DNA of 64,000 bases, from contig CAVVXN010000003.1 in the NCBI GenBank assembly GCA_963752285.1, positions 384,001 to 448,000 on the forward strand. Reading direction: 5' to 3'. The translations under genes were made by a program, and so were the position numbers. The DNA is from an uncultured Planctomycetota bacterium (lineage in GTDB: Bacteria > Planctomycetota > PLA2 > JAEUHO01). The notes beneath the pieces were generated by a model. The model saw only the letters and a program-made list of their open reading frames with translations, was not told the origin of the DNA and ran no database searches. Shown piece by piece: positions 9,028 to 18,869 of the stretch (position 1 is the first letter of the stretch; each line of letters opens with the position of its first letter).

Positions 9028-9540
9028 ATGACTCGAATCGCGCGCGCGCTCCCCTTCGTCCTCGCCCTCGGCCTCGCGGCGTGCGGCGGCGGCGGCGACA
9101 CGCTGGTCGGGGCGAGCCCCCTTCCCCCGGGCGGCGGCACCGACATGTCCGCGCAGGAGCTCGACTGGGCGCAGCAGGTCTTCGCGCTCACGAACGTCGA
9201 GCGACAGAACCAGGGCCTCCCGGCGCTGGCCTGGGACGACGGGGCGGCCGAGGTCGCGTACCGCCACTCGCTGGACATGGACGTGCGCAACTACTTCGAC
9301 CACGTCGATCCGGACGGCCTCCAGCCCTGGGACCGCCTCACCGCCGCCGGCATCTCGTGGTCCTCGGCCGGCGAGAACATCGCGTACGGCTACGACTCGC
9401 CCGACAGCGTGATGACGGCGTGGATGAACTCCTCCGGGCACCGCGCGAACATCCTCCGGGCGGGCTTCACCCGGCTCGGGGTCGGCGTGCACTCCAACGG
9501 CACGACGATCTGGTGGACGCAGCTCTTCTACACGCCCTGA
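9028..9540 (+). CDS. CAP/SCP domain lipoprotein
   Basis: Lipobox LAAC; LTNVER, HSLDM..NYFDH, GENIAYG, WMNSSGHRANIL. Confidence 0.92.
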   Translation: MTRIARALPFVLALGLAACGGGGDTLVGASPLPPGGGTDMSAQELDWAQQVFALTNVERQNQGLPALAWDDGAAEVAYRHSLDMDVRNYFDHVDPDGLQPWDRLTAAGISWSSAGENIAYGYDSPDSVMTAWMNSSGHRANILRAGFTRLGVGVHSNGTTIWWTQLFYTP

Positions 9541-9672
9541 GGTCGTGACCGGGGACCGCGCGTCGCCCGTTCGACGCGCGCGACGTGGCGCGTGCAGAGC
9601 TTTTGCACGGCGGGCGTGAACCGACGGGGGCCGAGGGGGGTCGGATCCGTCGCCCCCTTCGGAGATCCCGGC

Positions 9673-10797
9673 ATGAAGACCCCCCGCGTCCTCCCCCTCC
9701 TGGCCCTCCTCCTCGCGCTCCCGCTCTCGGCGAGAGCCGGCGAGAAGGCCGACCCGCCTCCGCCGCGCCCCGTGGACCTCGTGCTCTGCCTCGACACGTC
9801 GGGCAGCATGGAGGGGTTGATCGACGCCGCCCGTCAGAAGCTCTGGGGCGTCGTGTCCGAGCTCGCGAGCGCGAAGCCCACGCCCGATCTCCGCGTCGCG
9901 CTCCTCACGTACGGAAGTCCCGGGAACGACGCCACGGGCCACGTCGTGCTCCAGTCCGGCCTCACCCGCGACCTCGACGGCATCAGCGAGCGCCTCTTCG
10001 CGCTCGGGACGGAGGGCGGCGACGAGTTCGTCGGCCGGGTCACGAAGCACGCCCTCGACCACCTCGCGTGGTCGAGCGACCCGCGGGCCCTGCGCGTCCT
10101 CTTCGTGGCCGGGAACGAGTCGGCCGATCAGGACCAGGCCGCGCCCTTCCGCGACCAGGCGCGCCGCGCCGCCCGCGAGGGGATCGTCGTGAACGCGATC
10201 TACTGCGGCGGTGCCGACGACGCCGACGCCTCCGGCTACCGCGAGCTGGCGGCGCTCGCGAAGGGCCGCTACGCGAGCATCGACCAGAACCACGGCACCG
10301 TGGCCGTCGCGACGCCGTTCGACGCCGAGCTGGCGGAGCTCTCCGAGAAGCTGAACACCACCTACGTCGCCTACGGCCGCGATGCGCCGGCGGCCCTGGA
10401 GCGTCAGTCCGCACAGGACGCGAACGCGGCGGGCGCGGGCGCGCCGGCGGCGGCGGAGCGCGCGGAGGCGAAGGCCGGGCGGCTCTACCGCAACGCCACC
10501 TGGGACCTCGTGGACCGCATGGGCGAAGAGGGCTTCGACCTCGCCAAGGTCCCGCCCGAGGAGCTCCCCGCCGAGATGCGCACGATGACGCTCGAGGAGA
10601 GGAAGGCCCACCTCGAGAAGAAGAAGGCGGAGCGCGCCGGGATCCAGGCGCGGATCCAGGAGCTCGCGAAGGGACGCGAGGCGTACGTCGCGACCGAGAT
10701 GTCGAAGCGCCACCTCGACGACTCGCAGGCCTTCGACCGCGCCCTCGAGGACGCGATCCGCGAGCAGGCGCGCGCGAAGGGCTTCACCTTCGAGTGA
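9673..10797 (+). CDS. Secreted von Willebrand factor A domain protein
   Basis: Signal peptide after ATG 9673 (GGAG upstream); MIDAS DTSGSM; GGDE, AGNE, WDLVD. Confidence 0.85.
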   Translation: MKTPRVLPLLALLLALPLSARAGEKADPPPPRPVDLVLCLDTSGSMEGLIDAARQKLWGVVSELASAKPTPDLRVALLTYGSPGNDATGHVVLQSGLTRDLDGISERLFALGTEGGDEFVGRVTKHALDHLAWSSDPRALRVLFVAGNESADQDQAAPFRDQARRAAREGIVVNAIYCGGADDADASGYRELAALAKGRYASIDQNHGTVAVATPFDAELAELSEKLNTTYVAYGRDAPAALERQSAQDANAAGAGAPAAAERAEAKAGRLYRNATWDLVDRMGEEGFDLAKVPPEELPAEMRTMTLEERKAHLEKKKAERAGIQARIQELAKGREAYVATEMSKRHLDDSQAFDRALEDAIREQARAKGFTFE

Positions 10798-10837
10798 GAG
10801 CCCGGCCCGCACGGCCTGGGTCGTGCGGGCCCGCTTC

Positions 10838-12313
10838 CTACCCGCCGGGCGAGGGCGGCTTCGAACCGTCCTCGCTCGGCGTGATCGTCGGGGCCGGGAG
10901 GATCGGCACGTCCACCCGGAACGCCGCGCGCTCGAGGAAGAGCACCGCGAAGCACGTGTCGAGCAGGTCGGTCGAGTACGCCGACGGACCGCGCATCCAG
11001 CTCCCCAGGAAGGGCGTCGGCGACCAGTGGCCGTCCGCCTTCTCCGCGTCCACGAGCATCGACGCGCCCTCGCGATACCAGTCGTGGGCGCCGAGGAGCT
11101 TCTTCCCCGCGATGACGCACGCTCGCTCCAGCGCGTAGAGGTAGTAGTAGTGCCAGACGGGACCCTCGTGGGGCGGGTTCTGTGCGATCGAGTAGTGGTC
11201 GGAGAGCCACGCGATCGCATCCCAGATGGCGCGGTCGAGGTCGGGGGCGTCCTCCCCCGCTCCGCCGAAGCGCTCGAGCCAGATCGCCTTCACGATCACG
11301 AGCGACGACAGGCCCGCGGCGGTCATCGAGCCGGTGGGGGGGCGGCCCGGGACGTAGCCGAACCCGCGCGCCTCGTCCACCGCGCGCGGCGGCCGCGTGA
11401 CGTTGCCGTACCGCGCGTCGGCTCCGGTGCGCGGGGGGACGGGATCCCACGTGCGGACGACGGAGGGCCCGTGCCCCTCCTGCCAGGCGAGCAGCCGCTT
11501 CGTGATGCGCCCGAGGGTCGCCTTGTCGATCTCGTACCCACAGCGGCTCCCGGCGTAGAGCGCGAGGAGGACGTACTGCGTGTTCGACATGTCCTCGTCG
11601 CCCAGGTCGGCGACGGCGGGCCCGCCCCCCGCGGGCGGGCCGCCGGCGGGCCCGCCGCGGGGACCCGCGGGCGGACCGCCGCGCGGCGCGTCCGGGAGCC
11701 CGCCGGGGTAGCGGAAGAGCCCCGCCTTCGACGCGCCCTCGAGGAGCCAGTCGAGCACGCGGTCGATGATCTCGCGGGCCCAGTCGGGGTAGTGGCAGGG
11801 GTTCCTCCCCTTCTCGATCCCCGCGCCGTAGCGCTCGCGGTCGCGCTTCGCGTTCGCGTCGGGCTCCTCGGCGAAGAGGGTGTGGAGCGCGAGCACGAAG
11901 AGCGAGAGGGAGTAGGCCGACGCCTGCGTCCAGTACTCGCCTTTCATCTGGGAGCGGTAGTGCTTCCGGAGGTACTGGAGGGCCTTCTTGACCTCCGGCC
12001 GGTCGGCCGACCAGCCGGCGTGCGCGAGCGTGTACGTCGCGAGGGCCGTCAGCCCGAACTCGTGCCGGCTCTCCCGCCACGGCCCCGCGGGTCCGTGGCC
12101 CGGCATCTCGAAGGCGCCGTCCGCCTTCTGCGTCGCGGCGACCCACGCCGCGCCGAGGTCGATCGCGCGCTCGATCCGGAGGTGAAGGACGAGGTCCTTC
12201 TTCCGCTGCTCGACGTCCTGGTCGTCCGCGCCGGCGCGCCGCGACGCGAGCAGGAAGGGCAGCGCGAGGAGCAGAGCGGCCAGGAGGACAGGGTGGCGCG
12301 GGCGCACGGACAT
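10838..12313 (-). CDS. Secreted prenyltransferase/squalene-oxidase repeat (alpha/alpha barrel) protein
   Basis: Signal peptide; QKADGAF, GLTALATYTL, DMSNTQYVLLAL, TGSMTAAGL, YYYLYALERAC, DWYREGA, DTCFAVLFL. Confidence 0.75.
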   Translation of the reverse strand: MSVRPRHPVLLAALLLALPFLLASRRAGADDQDVEQRKKDLVLHLRIERAIDLGAAWVAATQKADGAFEMPGHGPAGPWRESRHEFGLTALATYTLAHAGWSADRPEVKKALQYLRKHYRSQMKGEYWTQASAYSLSLFVLALHTLFAEEPDANAKRDRERYGAGIEKGRNPCHYPDWAREIIDRVLDWLLEGASKAGLFRYPGGLPDAPRGGPPAGPRGGPAGGPPAGGGPAVADLGDEDMSNTQYVLLALYAGSRCGYEIDKATLGRITKRLLAWQEGHGPSVVRTWDPVPPRTGADARYGNVTRPPRAVDEARGFGYVPGRPPTGSMTAAGLSSLVIVKAIWLERFGGAGEDAPDLDRAIWDAIAWLSDHYSIAQNPPHEGPVWHYYYLYALERACVIAGKKLLGAHDWYREGASMLVDAEKADGHWSPTPFLGSWMRGPSAYSTDLLDTCFAVLFLERAAFRVDVPILPAPTITPSEDGSKPPSPGG

Positions 12314-12361
12314 GAGAACGCCCTGGTTCTACCCCGCCCACGCGCGCCCCCCGGAAACGAG

Positions 12362-12393
12362 CCGGGCGAGCTCCCCGTCAGGAGCCCGCCCGG
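12362..12393 (-). terminator. 13-bp GC-rich hairpin (terminator/attenuator-like)
   Basis: Minus strand CCGGGCGGGCTCC-TGACGG-GGAGCTCGCCCGG, then CTCGTTT; the single mismatch is a G-U pair only on the minus strand. Confidence 0.55.
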
Positions 12394-12439
12394 GTGTCTT
12401 CGAAAGGCCGTCCATGGGGTCGGCCAAAAGGCAGCCCCG

Positions 12440-12475
12440 TCAGTCGGACGGACCTCCCATGACACGTCTACCCAT
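12440..12475 (-). CDS. Putative 11-aa micropeptide/leader peptide MGRRVMGGPSD
   Basis: Preceded by AGAGGAGGTGATC-A-ATG, a perfect extended Shine-Dalgarno at optimal spacing; followed by hairpins. Confidence 0.4.
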   Translation of the reverse strand: MGRRVMGGPSD

Positions 12476-12776
12476 TGATCACCTCCTCTCGAAGCGGGGG
12501 CCGTCGGCCGCCCCCTTGGTCAAGGGGCCCGGCGCCCGTCAGCCACCGGGGTCACGGGGATCGGGTCCGTGACGCGCGCGAGTCTACCGGCTGCCCCCGG
12601 CGGCGCTGAGAACCATGTTCCGGACCCGACCCCGTCCGGACTCGACCCCCGGGGCGGACGGGGGCACGGGGCGGTGGACCGCGCGGGGCCCCACCGAACG
12701 GAACGCGAAGGCCGGCGCCCCTGCCGGCGTCCTCGCGTGGGCGATCGGCCGTAGAGTGGCCGCCGGAGGGGTCCGG

Positions 12777-14315
12777 ATGGACGAGCGAGAGGCCGGGCGG
12801 CGCGGGCCCTCGGGCGCGCGGCACCTCGTGGGGCGGGTCGTCGTGCCCCTCGCCGCCCTCCTCGTCTACCTCGCGCTGGACCTCGACCCCGGACACCCCG
12901 CTGTCACGCGGATGGCGGCGGTCGCCGTCCTGATGGCCGGCTGGTGGATCACCGAGGCCGTCCCGATCCCCGCCACCGCGCTCCTGCCCGTCGCGCTCTT
13001 CCCGCTCCTCTCGATCCTCCCGGGCTCCAAGACCGCGAGCCTCTACTTCAACTCGACGATCTTCCTCTTCCTCGGCGGGTTCCTCTTCGCGCTCGCGATG
13101 CAGCGCTACGGCCTCCACCGCCGGATCGCGCTCCGCATCCTCTGCGTCGTCGGCGCCGGGCCCAAGCGGACGCTCCTCGGCTTCATGCTCGCCACGTGGT
13201 TCCTGTCCATGTGGATCTCGAACACCGCGACCACGATGATGATGGTGCCGATGGCGGCGGCCATCGTGTTCCAGCTCCGCGAGTCGTTCGGAAAGGACGC
13301 GGTCGGGCGGTACCCGATCGCTCTCCTCCTCGGCGTCGCCTATGCGGCCTCGATCGGCGGCATCGCGACGCTCATCGGCACGCCGCCGAACCTGTCGTTC
13401 GTCCGGATCCTCAAGATCGTCTTCCCCCAGGCGCCCGAGGTCTCGTTCGCGACGTGGTTCCTCTTCGCGCTGCCCGCCTCGATCGTGCTGCTCGTCGTCG
13501 CGTGGCTCCTGCTCGGCCGGCTCTACGCGCCCGCCCGGGGCGCGCTCCGGGGCGGCGGCGCCCTGTTCGAGGACGCGCTCCGCCGCCTCGGCCCGCGCTC
13601 CCGCGAGGAGACCACGATCCTCGTCCTGTTCGGCGTCCTCGTGTTCCTCTGGATGTTCCGCGCGCCGATCGACCTGGGGGGCGTCCGGGTCCCGGGCTGG
13701 AGCGAGCTCCTCGAGACGCCGTCGTTCGTGGACGACGGCACCGTTGCGATCTTCGTCGCCTCGCTCCTGTTCTGGATCCCCGGTCGCTCCCCGAGCGGTC
13801 GGCTGATGGACTGGGAGGGCGCCGCGGGCCTGCCCTGGGGCATCGTGCTCCTCTTCGGCGGGGGCTTCGCGCTCGCGAGCGGCTTCAAGGAGTCGGGCCT
13901 CTCGGCCTGGCTCGCCGGCCAGCTCGCCTCGCTCGGAAGCCTCCCGCCGCTCCTGCTCGTGGCGGCCGTGTGCCTGCTCATCACGTTCTTGACCGAGCTC
14001 ACCTCCAACACCGCGACCACCGAGATGGTCCTTCCGATCCTCGCGTCGCTCGCGGTGGCGCTCCGGCTGAACCCGCTCCTCCTGATGGTGCCCGCCACGC
14101 TCTCCGCCTCGTGCGCGTTCATGCTCCCGGTCGCGACGCCGCCGAACGCGATCGTCTTCGGCACGAGCGAGGTCGGTATGCGCGACATGGTCCGCGCGGG
14201 CCTCTGGCTGAACCTCGTGGGCGTCCTCGTGGTCACGCTCGCGATGTACACGTTCGGCACGTCCCTCCTGGGCATCGACCCGACGACGCTCCCCGCCTGG
14301 GCCACGCATCCGTAG
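12777..14315 (+). CDS. SLC13/DASS family sodium:dicarboxylate or sulfate symporter
   Basis: WWITEAVPIPATALLP, SMWISNTAT, IGTPPN, TELTSNTAT, FMLPVATPPNAIVF; start ATG 12777 after GGAGG. Confidence 0.93.
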   Translation: MDEREAGRRGPSGARHLVGRVVVPLAALLVYLALDLDPGHPAVTRMAAVAVLMAGWWITEAVPIPATALLPVALFPLLSILPGSKTASLYFNSTIFLFLGGFLFALAMQRYGLHRRIALRILCVVGAGPKRTLLGFMLATWFLSMWISNTATTMMMVPMAAAIVFQLRESFGKDAVGRYPIALLLGVAYAASIGGIATLIGTPPNLSFVRILKIVFPQAPEVSFATWFLFALPASIVLLVVAWLLLGRLYAPARGALRGGGALFEDALRRLGPRSREETTILVLFGVLVFLWMFRAPIDLGGVRVPGWSELLETPSFVDDGTVAIFVASLLFWIPGRSPSGRLMDWEGAAGLPWGIVLLFGGGFALASGFKESGLSAWLAGQLASLGSLPPLLLVAAVCLLITFLTELTSNTATTEMVLPILASLAVALRLNPLLLMVPATLSASCAFMLPVATPPNAIVFGTSEVGMRDMVRAGLWLNLVGVLVVTLAMYTFGTSLLGIDPTTLPAWATHP

Positions 14316-14339
14316 GCCGGCCGGGTGGCGCGCGGACGG

Positions 14340-14996
14340 CTACTGGACGCAGCCCGTGCGCGCGCTTGCTGCGTACCGCCGGAGCGCCTCGGGCACGTGT
14401 CGCCCCTGGGTCTCGAGGAAGCGGTCGATCATCGCCCGGCCCGGATCGGGATGTCGGAAGACGATGTGTCCGAGGCCGTGGAGCGCGCTCTCCCAGCAGG
14501 CGGGCGCGTCGAGGGACAGCGCGTGCTCCAGCACCTGGTAGCAGGCGGGCACGAGGTGCTCGGGCCGCCCGAGCCTCGGGATGACGTCCAGACCCCCGTC
14601 CATGTCCCACAGCATGTAGCACGCCGTGCCCAGCGGGCGGGGGTCCTCCCCGACGCCCCTCCAGTCGGTCAGATGTCGCGCGAAGCAGTGCTCGTAGAGA
14701 CGCCGAAGACCGAGAACGGCATCCGTCGCGTGCCCGGGTTCCGCCTTCGCGACCTCGAACCAGACCTGGCGACCCGCGCCCATCAGGTACCAGACGAGGT
14801 CGCCCACCGCGTCCGCGCCGATCTCCTCCACATGCCGACCCGCCCGCGAGCAGAGCGCTTCGACGAGCTCCGCCAGCTGGTCGGGCGTCAGCGCGTCCAG
14901 GGCCTCCTGGTGGACGCGGCCCGCGGCGAGGTCCGCGGCCTGCCAGCTCTTCGCGAGGCCTCGGACGTGACCGAAGAGGGTCGGGTAGTCGATCAT
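14340..14996 (-). CDS. Hypothetical protein
   Basis: Host-like codon usage and globular sequence from ATG 14996 (MIDYPTLF...CYMLWD...CWESALHGLGH); follows the methyltransferase gene. Confidence 0.65.
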   Translation of the reverse strand: MIDYPTLFGHVRGLAKSWQAADLAAGRVHQEALDALTPDQLAELVEALCSRAGRHVEEIGADAVGDLVWYLMGAGRQVWFEVAKAEPGHATDAVLGLRRLYEHCFARHLTDWRGVGEDPRPLGTACYMLWDMDGGLDVIPRLGRPEHLVPACYQVLEHALSLDAPACWESALHGLGHIVFRHPDPGRAMIDRFLETQGRHVPEALRRYAASARTGCVQ

Positions 14997-15016
14997 CCGC
15001 GGCCTTGCGGCGTCGC

Positions 15017-15754
15017 TCAGGGGCCCGGTGGGCTGGCCGCGGCCGGCGTCGCGACGCGCCGTGCGAGGTAGATCGTGTTCGTGTCGGGACGTTCGACGCT
15101 CGGGTTCTCGAACCGGACGAGCTCGGCCCACGCCTCGCCGAAGACCTGCTGGAGCGTCCGGACGAACGACGGGTCCGGCGCGACGCCGGCCCAGAGCGCG
15201 AACACGCCCCCGGGACGGAGCTGGGCGCGGAGCGCCTCGAGACCGGCCTCCGTGTAGAAGCGGGCGTGTGCGCGGTGCAGCAGCGCCTCGGGCGAGTGGT
15301 CGATGTCCACGAGCACCACGTCCCACGCGGGCGGCGAGAGCGGCGCCTCGCCGACGACGGCGTAGAAGTCGTCCGCGACGAGTCGGCAGCGCGGGTCCTC
15401 GACGAGGGCGCGTCCGAGCGGGAGGAGCCCCCGCTCGTGCCATCCGATGACCTCGGGCAGGAGCTCCACGACCGTGACCGCGTCGGTCCGGGGGTCGTCG
15501 AGCGCGGCGCGCGCGGTGTAGCCGAGTCCGAGACCGCCGACGAGGACACGCCAGCGGCCGTCGCCCCGCGCATCGAGGGCGAGGCGCGCGAGGTCCGACT
15601 CGGAGTCGTGGACGAGACTCGACATCAGGAACGCCCCGCCGAGCGTGACCTCGTAGACCGGCTCGCGTTCGGACCCCGGCAGGGTGCGCCGCCGGAGGAC
15701 GAGGTCGCCGAGCGGCGTCGCGTGGTGGTCGAGCTCCTCGAATCGCGGTCCCAT
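15017..15754 (-). CDS. Spermidine synthase-like SAM-dependent methyltransferase
   Basis: TPLGDLVLRRR, FLMSS, VLVGGLGLGYTA, VVELLPEVIGW, VLVDIDHSP, LRPGGVFALW. Confidence 0.85.
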   Translation of the reverse strand: MGPRFEELDHHATPLGDLVLRRRTLPGSEREPVYEVTLGGAFLMSSLVHDSESDLARLALDARGDGRWRVLVGGLGLGYTARAALDDPRTDAVTVVELLPEVIGWHERGLLPLGRALVEDPRCRLVADDFYAVVGEAPLSPPAWDVVLVDIDHSPEALLHRAHARFYTEAGLEALRAQLRPGGVFALWAGVAPDPSFVRTLQQVFGEAWAELVRFENPSVERPDTNTIYLARRVATPAAASPPGP

Positions 15755-15858
15755 GCCGGCATCGTATCGCCACGTGCCCGTGCCGCGCCGCCCCCCGACG
15801 TCGGGCCCCGTCTCGACCCCACCGGGGCTTCGGCCCGCGGCGGGGCTAGGCTTCACAG

Positions 15859-16473
15859 GTGGGCCTCGCGCACGTCGATCTCGTTCCCGTCGCGGGAGAC
15901 CTGCCTCCGCCGCTCGAGGCGCTCGTCCTCGAGGCGGGGCGCCGGATCGACGCGTTCGTCGAGGCGCGCGTGCGGCGGCCGATCTACGCGTTCGTGCCGA
16001 GCGACTTCCGCGTCGTGTACGGCGCGCTCTTGACCGTCCGCGAACGGTGGCTCGCGCCGGGAGACGAGTTCCTCGAGTGGGGGAGCGGCTTCGGCGTCGT
16101 CACGATGCTCGCGGCGGCCATCGGTTTCTCGGCCCGCGGGATCGAGATCGAACCGGACCTCGTGATCGAGGCACGTCGGCTGGCGCGCGACTTCGGCGCG
16201 CCGGTGGAGTTCTACGTGGGGAGCCTCCTGCCCGCCGCCGAGGTCGGGGTGACGCCGCCGGACGGCGAGGTCTCGTGGCTCGACACCACGGCGCAGAGCG
16301 CCTACGAGGACCTGGGGATGGACCTCGACGAGCTCGACGTGGTGTTCGCCTTCCCCTGGCCCGGCGAGGGGCAGGTCCTGCTGGACGTGTTCGAGGCGCA
16401 CGCGGCCGTCGGCGCGCTCCTCGTCACGTACGAGGGCATCGAGGGCGTCCAGACCTGGCGCAAGGTCCGCTGA
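15859..16473 (+). CDS. Class I SAM-dependent methyltransferase-like protein
   Basis: FVPSDF, FLEWGSGFGVV (motif I), GIEIE, DVVFAFPWPGE. Confidence 0.75.
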   Translation: MGLAHVDLVPVAGDLPPPLEALVLEAGRRIDAFVEARVRRPIYAFVPSDFRVVYGALLTVRERWLAPGDEFLEWGSGFGVVTMLAAAIGFSARGIEIEPDLVIEARRLARDFGAPVEFYVGSLLPAAEVGVTPPDGEVSWLDTTAQSAYEDLGMDLDELDVVFAFPWPGEGQVLLDVFEAHAAVGALLVTYEGIEGVQTWRKVR

Positions 16474-16594
16474 CCCCGCCCCGCGGGGTGGGGCGCCGAC
16501 GATCCCCCGCTTCCGCGCGCAAAGCCCCTTCGTGTGAGCTCGACGCGCGCGCCTCGCGCGCCTCCGCGCGGGCCGGCGGACCGACGGGTCGCGT

Positions 16595-17476
16595 TCAGGC
16601 CGGCTTGTCCAGGCGGTAGTGGCGCAGGCACTCCCGTTCGCGACCGCGTACCACGCGGCGTCCTTCGAGGGGGCCGCGCGTCTCCGTGACCACCGTCGCC
16701 TGACCCTCGCGCCCGTCCTGCTCGTAGAACACCACGACCCAGTCGTTCGTCGTGCCGAGCGCGTGGGCCCGCGCCGTGTTGGACCACATGGCGGTGAACG
16801 ACCAGCCTCCCCCCTCCGTGTGGAAGATCGGAAGCCAGGCCTCGCCCTTCGGGTTGAAGCGCCGCGGCGCGATCTTCCGCAGGCGGCCCGCCGCCGCGCG
16901 CTGCCGGTAGTCCGCGTCCACGTCGAGCAGCACCGTGACCGACGGCGCGGCCGCCGGCAGGCTCCGCGCGTCGATCCGGAGCGCGCGGCGACGGCCCGCC
17001 TGGCCGAGCAGCGTGGCGAGCGCGTCGCGCACGGCGTGGACGCGCCGGGGCCCGAACCCACGCACGTCGGCGAGGCGACCGTCGTGGGCGGCCATCTCGA
17101 GGTCCTCGAGCGAGTCGATCCCGAGCGCGTCGTGGATGCGCCGCGCGAGGTCTTCGCCGATGCCGGGCACCGTCGTGAAGAGGCCTTCCGGCCCGACCTC
17201 CCCTTCGAGGTGGTCGAGCAGCGCGAGGCGCCCGGTCACCAGGATCTCCCGCACGGCCGCCGCGATGGAGCGTCCGATCGACGGCAGGCCCTGGAGGCCC
17301 CTCTGCCCCTCCTCTTCGTACACCTCGAGAAGCGGGCGGGGCCACGTCCGCGCGGTCTGCGCCGCCGCGCGGTACGCGCGCACGCGCCACGCGTTCGCGC
17401 CCTGCGCGTCGAGGAGGTCCGAGACGCGCTCGAGCGCGTCCGCGACGTCGAGGTTGGTGGGGCGTACGGCGGGCAT
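16595..17476 (-). CDS. Helix-hairpin-helix DNA-binding protein with PolX N-terminal domains and no polymerase palm
   Basis: [39 protein letters not shown] HhH motifs; unrelated C-terminal domain ([23 protein letters not shown]). Confidence 0.8.
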   Translation of the reverse strand: MPAVRPTNLDVADALERVSDLLDAQGANAWRVRAYRAAAQTARTWPRPLLEVYEEEGQRGLQGLPSIGRSIAAAVREILVTGRLALLDHLEGEVGPEGLFTTVPGIGEDLARRIHDALGIDSLEDLEMAAHDGRLADVRGFGPRRVHAVRDALATLLGQAGRRRALRIDARSLPAAAPSVTVLLDVDADYRQRAAAGRLRKIAPRRFNPKGEAWLPIFHTEGGGWSFTAMWSNTARAHALGTTNDWVVVFYEQDGREGQATVVTETRGPLEGRRVVRGRERECLRHYRLDKPA

Positions 17477-17700
17477 GGATCGACCGGGGTCATTCTCCAA
17501 CGCAGAGGGGACGGGGCGGGTCACGGCCGCTCCCGCCCGGACGGAGGGCCGTGAGGCCGTACGGCTTGTCGGTCGGGGGGTACGGGCATACCCTTACCCC
17601 GTCGCCCGAGGGGACCGGACGGGGTCCGGCGCCGGGCTGCCGGCGCGGCGGGGACCCCGCGCGGTCCATGGCCGAGGGGCGGCGCCGGAGCCGCGCCGAG

Positions 17701-18132
17701 ATGAAGCACTACGACATCCTCGTCCTGTCCGGCGGGTTCGACCCGCTCCACGTGGGCCAGGTCCGGATGATCCAGAGCGCCCGCGAGCTCGCGGGCCTGG
17801 TCGTGGTGGGGGTCAACTCGGACGCCTGGCTCGAGCGGAACCGCGACGAGGCCAAGACGCCGTTCGAGGAGCGGCGCGAGATCGTGTCGAGCATTCGCGG
17901 CGTCACGAGCGCGGTCGGCTTCGACGACTCCGACGACACGGCCTGTGCCCTGCTTCGTCTGGTCAAGACGATGAGCCCGGGGGCGCGGATCGCGTTCGGG
18001 AACGGCGGCGGCCGGACCGAGGGCAACGTGCCGGAGGTGGCCCTCTGCAAGGAGCTCGGCCTGGACCTCGTCTGGGGCCTCGGAGGGGAGCGCGTGGGAG
18101 AGGGCTTCGAGCTGGTCCGCCGCCCGGTGTGA
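17701..18132 (+). CDS. Cytidylyltransferase-like protein (TagD/RfaE-type HIGH superfamily)
   Basis: [53 protein letters not shown]. Confidence 0.85.
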   Translation: MKHYDILVLSGGFDPLHVGQVRMIQSARELAGLVVVGVNSDAWLERNRDEAKTPFEERREIVSSIRGVTSAVGFDDSDDTACALLRLVKTMSPGARIAFGNGGGRTEGNVPEVALCKELGLDLVWGLGGERVGEGFELVRRPV

Positions 18133-18161
18133 CCCTCCCGCTCGGGGCGCCGCCTCTCCTC

Positions 18162-18869
18162 ATGGACCGACCGCTCTACGAGGTCCGGGGTGTCTCTCGC
18201 GTCTTCCGCATGGGCGAGGTCGAGGTGGCCGCGCTCCGGGGCGTGGACCTGGACGTCGCGGCGGGCGAGCTCCTCGTCGTCCTCGGACCGAGCGGATCGG
18301 GGAAGAGCACCCTGCTCCACCTCCTGGGCGGCATGGACCGTCCGACGGAGGGGACGATCGCCTTTCGCGGCGAGGACCTCACGGGTCGCGACGAGCGGGG
18401 CCTCACCCGCTTCCGCCGCCGACACGTCGGGTTCGTGTTCCAGTTCTACAACCTCATCCCGAGCCTGACGGCGCTCGAGAACGTCGCGATGGCGACCGAG
18501 ATCGCGCCCGAGCCGCGCGACGCGCGGGAGATGATCGAGCTCGTGGGCCTCGCGGACCGCGCGGACCACTTCCCCTCGCAGATGTCCGGCGGCGAGCAGC
18601 AGCGCGTCGCCATCGCGCGCGCGGTCGCCAAGGCGCCCGACGTGCTCCTCTGCGACGAGCCCACGGGCGCGCTCGACTACCGCACGGGCCTCCTCGTGCT
18701 GGACGTGCTCGGCGAGGTGAATCGCCGGCTCGGCACCACCGTCGTCGTGATCACGCACAACGCCGCGATCGGCGAGATCGCCAATCGTGTGCTCCGGATG
18801 CGCTCCGGGCGGATCGTCGAGGTCAAGGAGAACCCCGCGCCCAAGGCGCCGCGCGAGATCACGTGGTGA
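18162..18869 (+). CDS. ABC transporter ATP-binding protein (LolD/MacB-type)
   Basis: [47 protein letters not shown]. Confidence 0.95.
   Translation: MDRPLYEVRGVSRVFRMGEVEVAALRGVDLDVAAGELLVVLGPSGSGKSTLLHLLGGMDRPTEGTIAFRGEDLTGRDERGLTRFRRRHVGFVFQFYNLIPSLTALENVAMATEIAPEPRDAREMIELVGLADRADHFPSQMSGGEQQRVAIARAVAKAPDVLLCDEPTGALDYRTGLLVLDVLGEVNRRLGTTVVVITHNAAIGEIANRVLRMRSGRIVEVKENPAPKAPREITW

Noticed and set aside
12440..12442. TGA of the micro-ORF as selenocysteine
   Set aside because: Read-through gives no recognisable protein or redox motif, and I cannot identify a bacterial SECIS.
12477..12489. GATCACCTCCT, identical to the 16S rRNA 3' end
   Set aside because: No other 16S sequence flanks it, so it is not an rRNA gene; treated as an extended Shine-Dalgarno on the minus strand.
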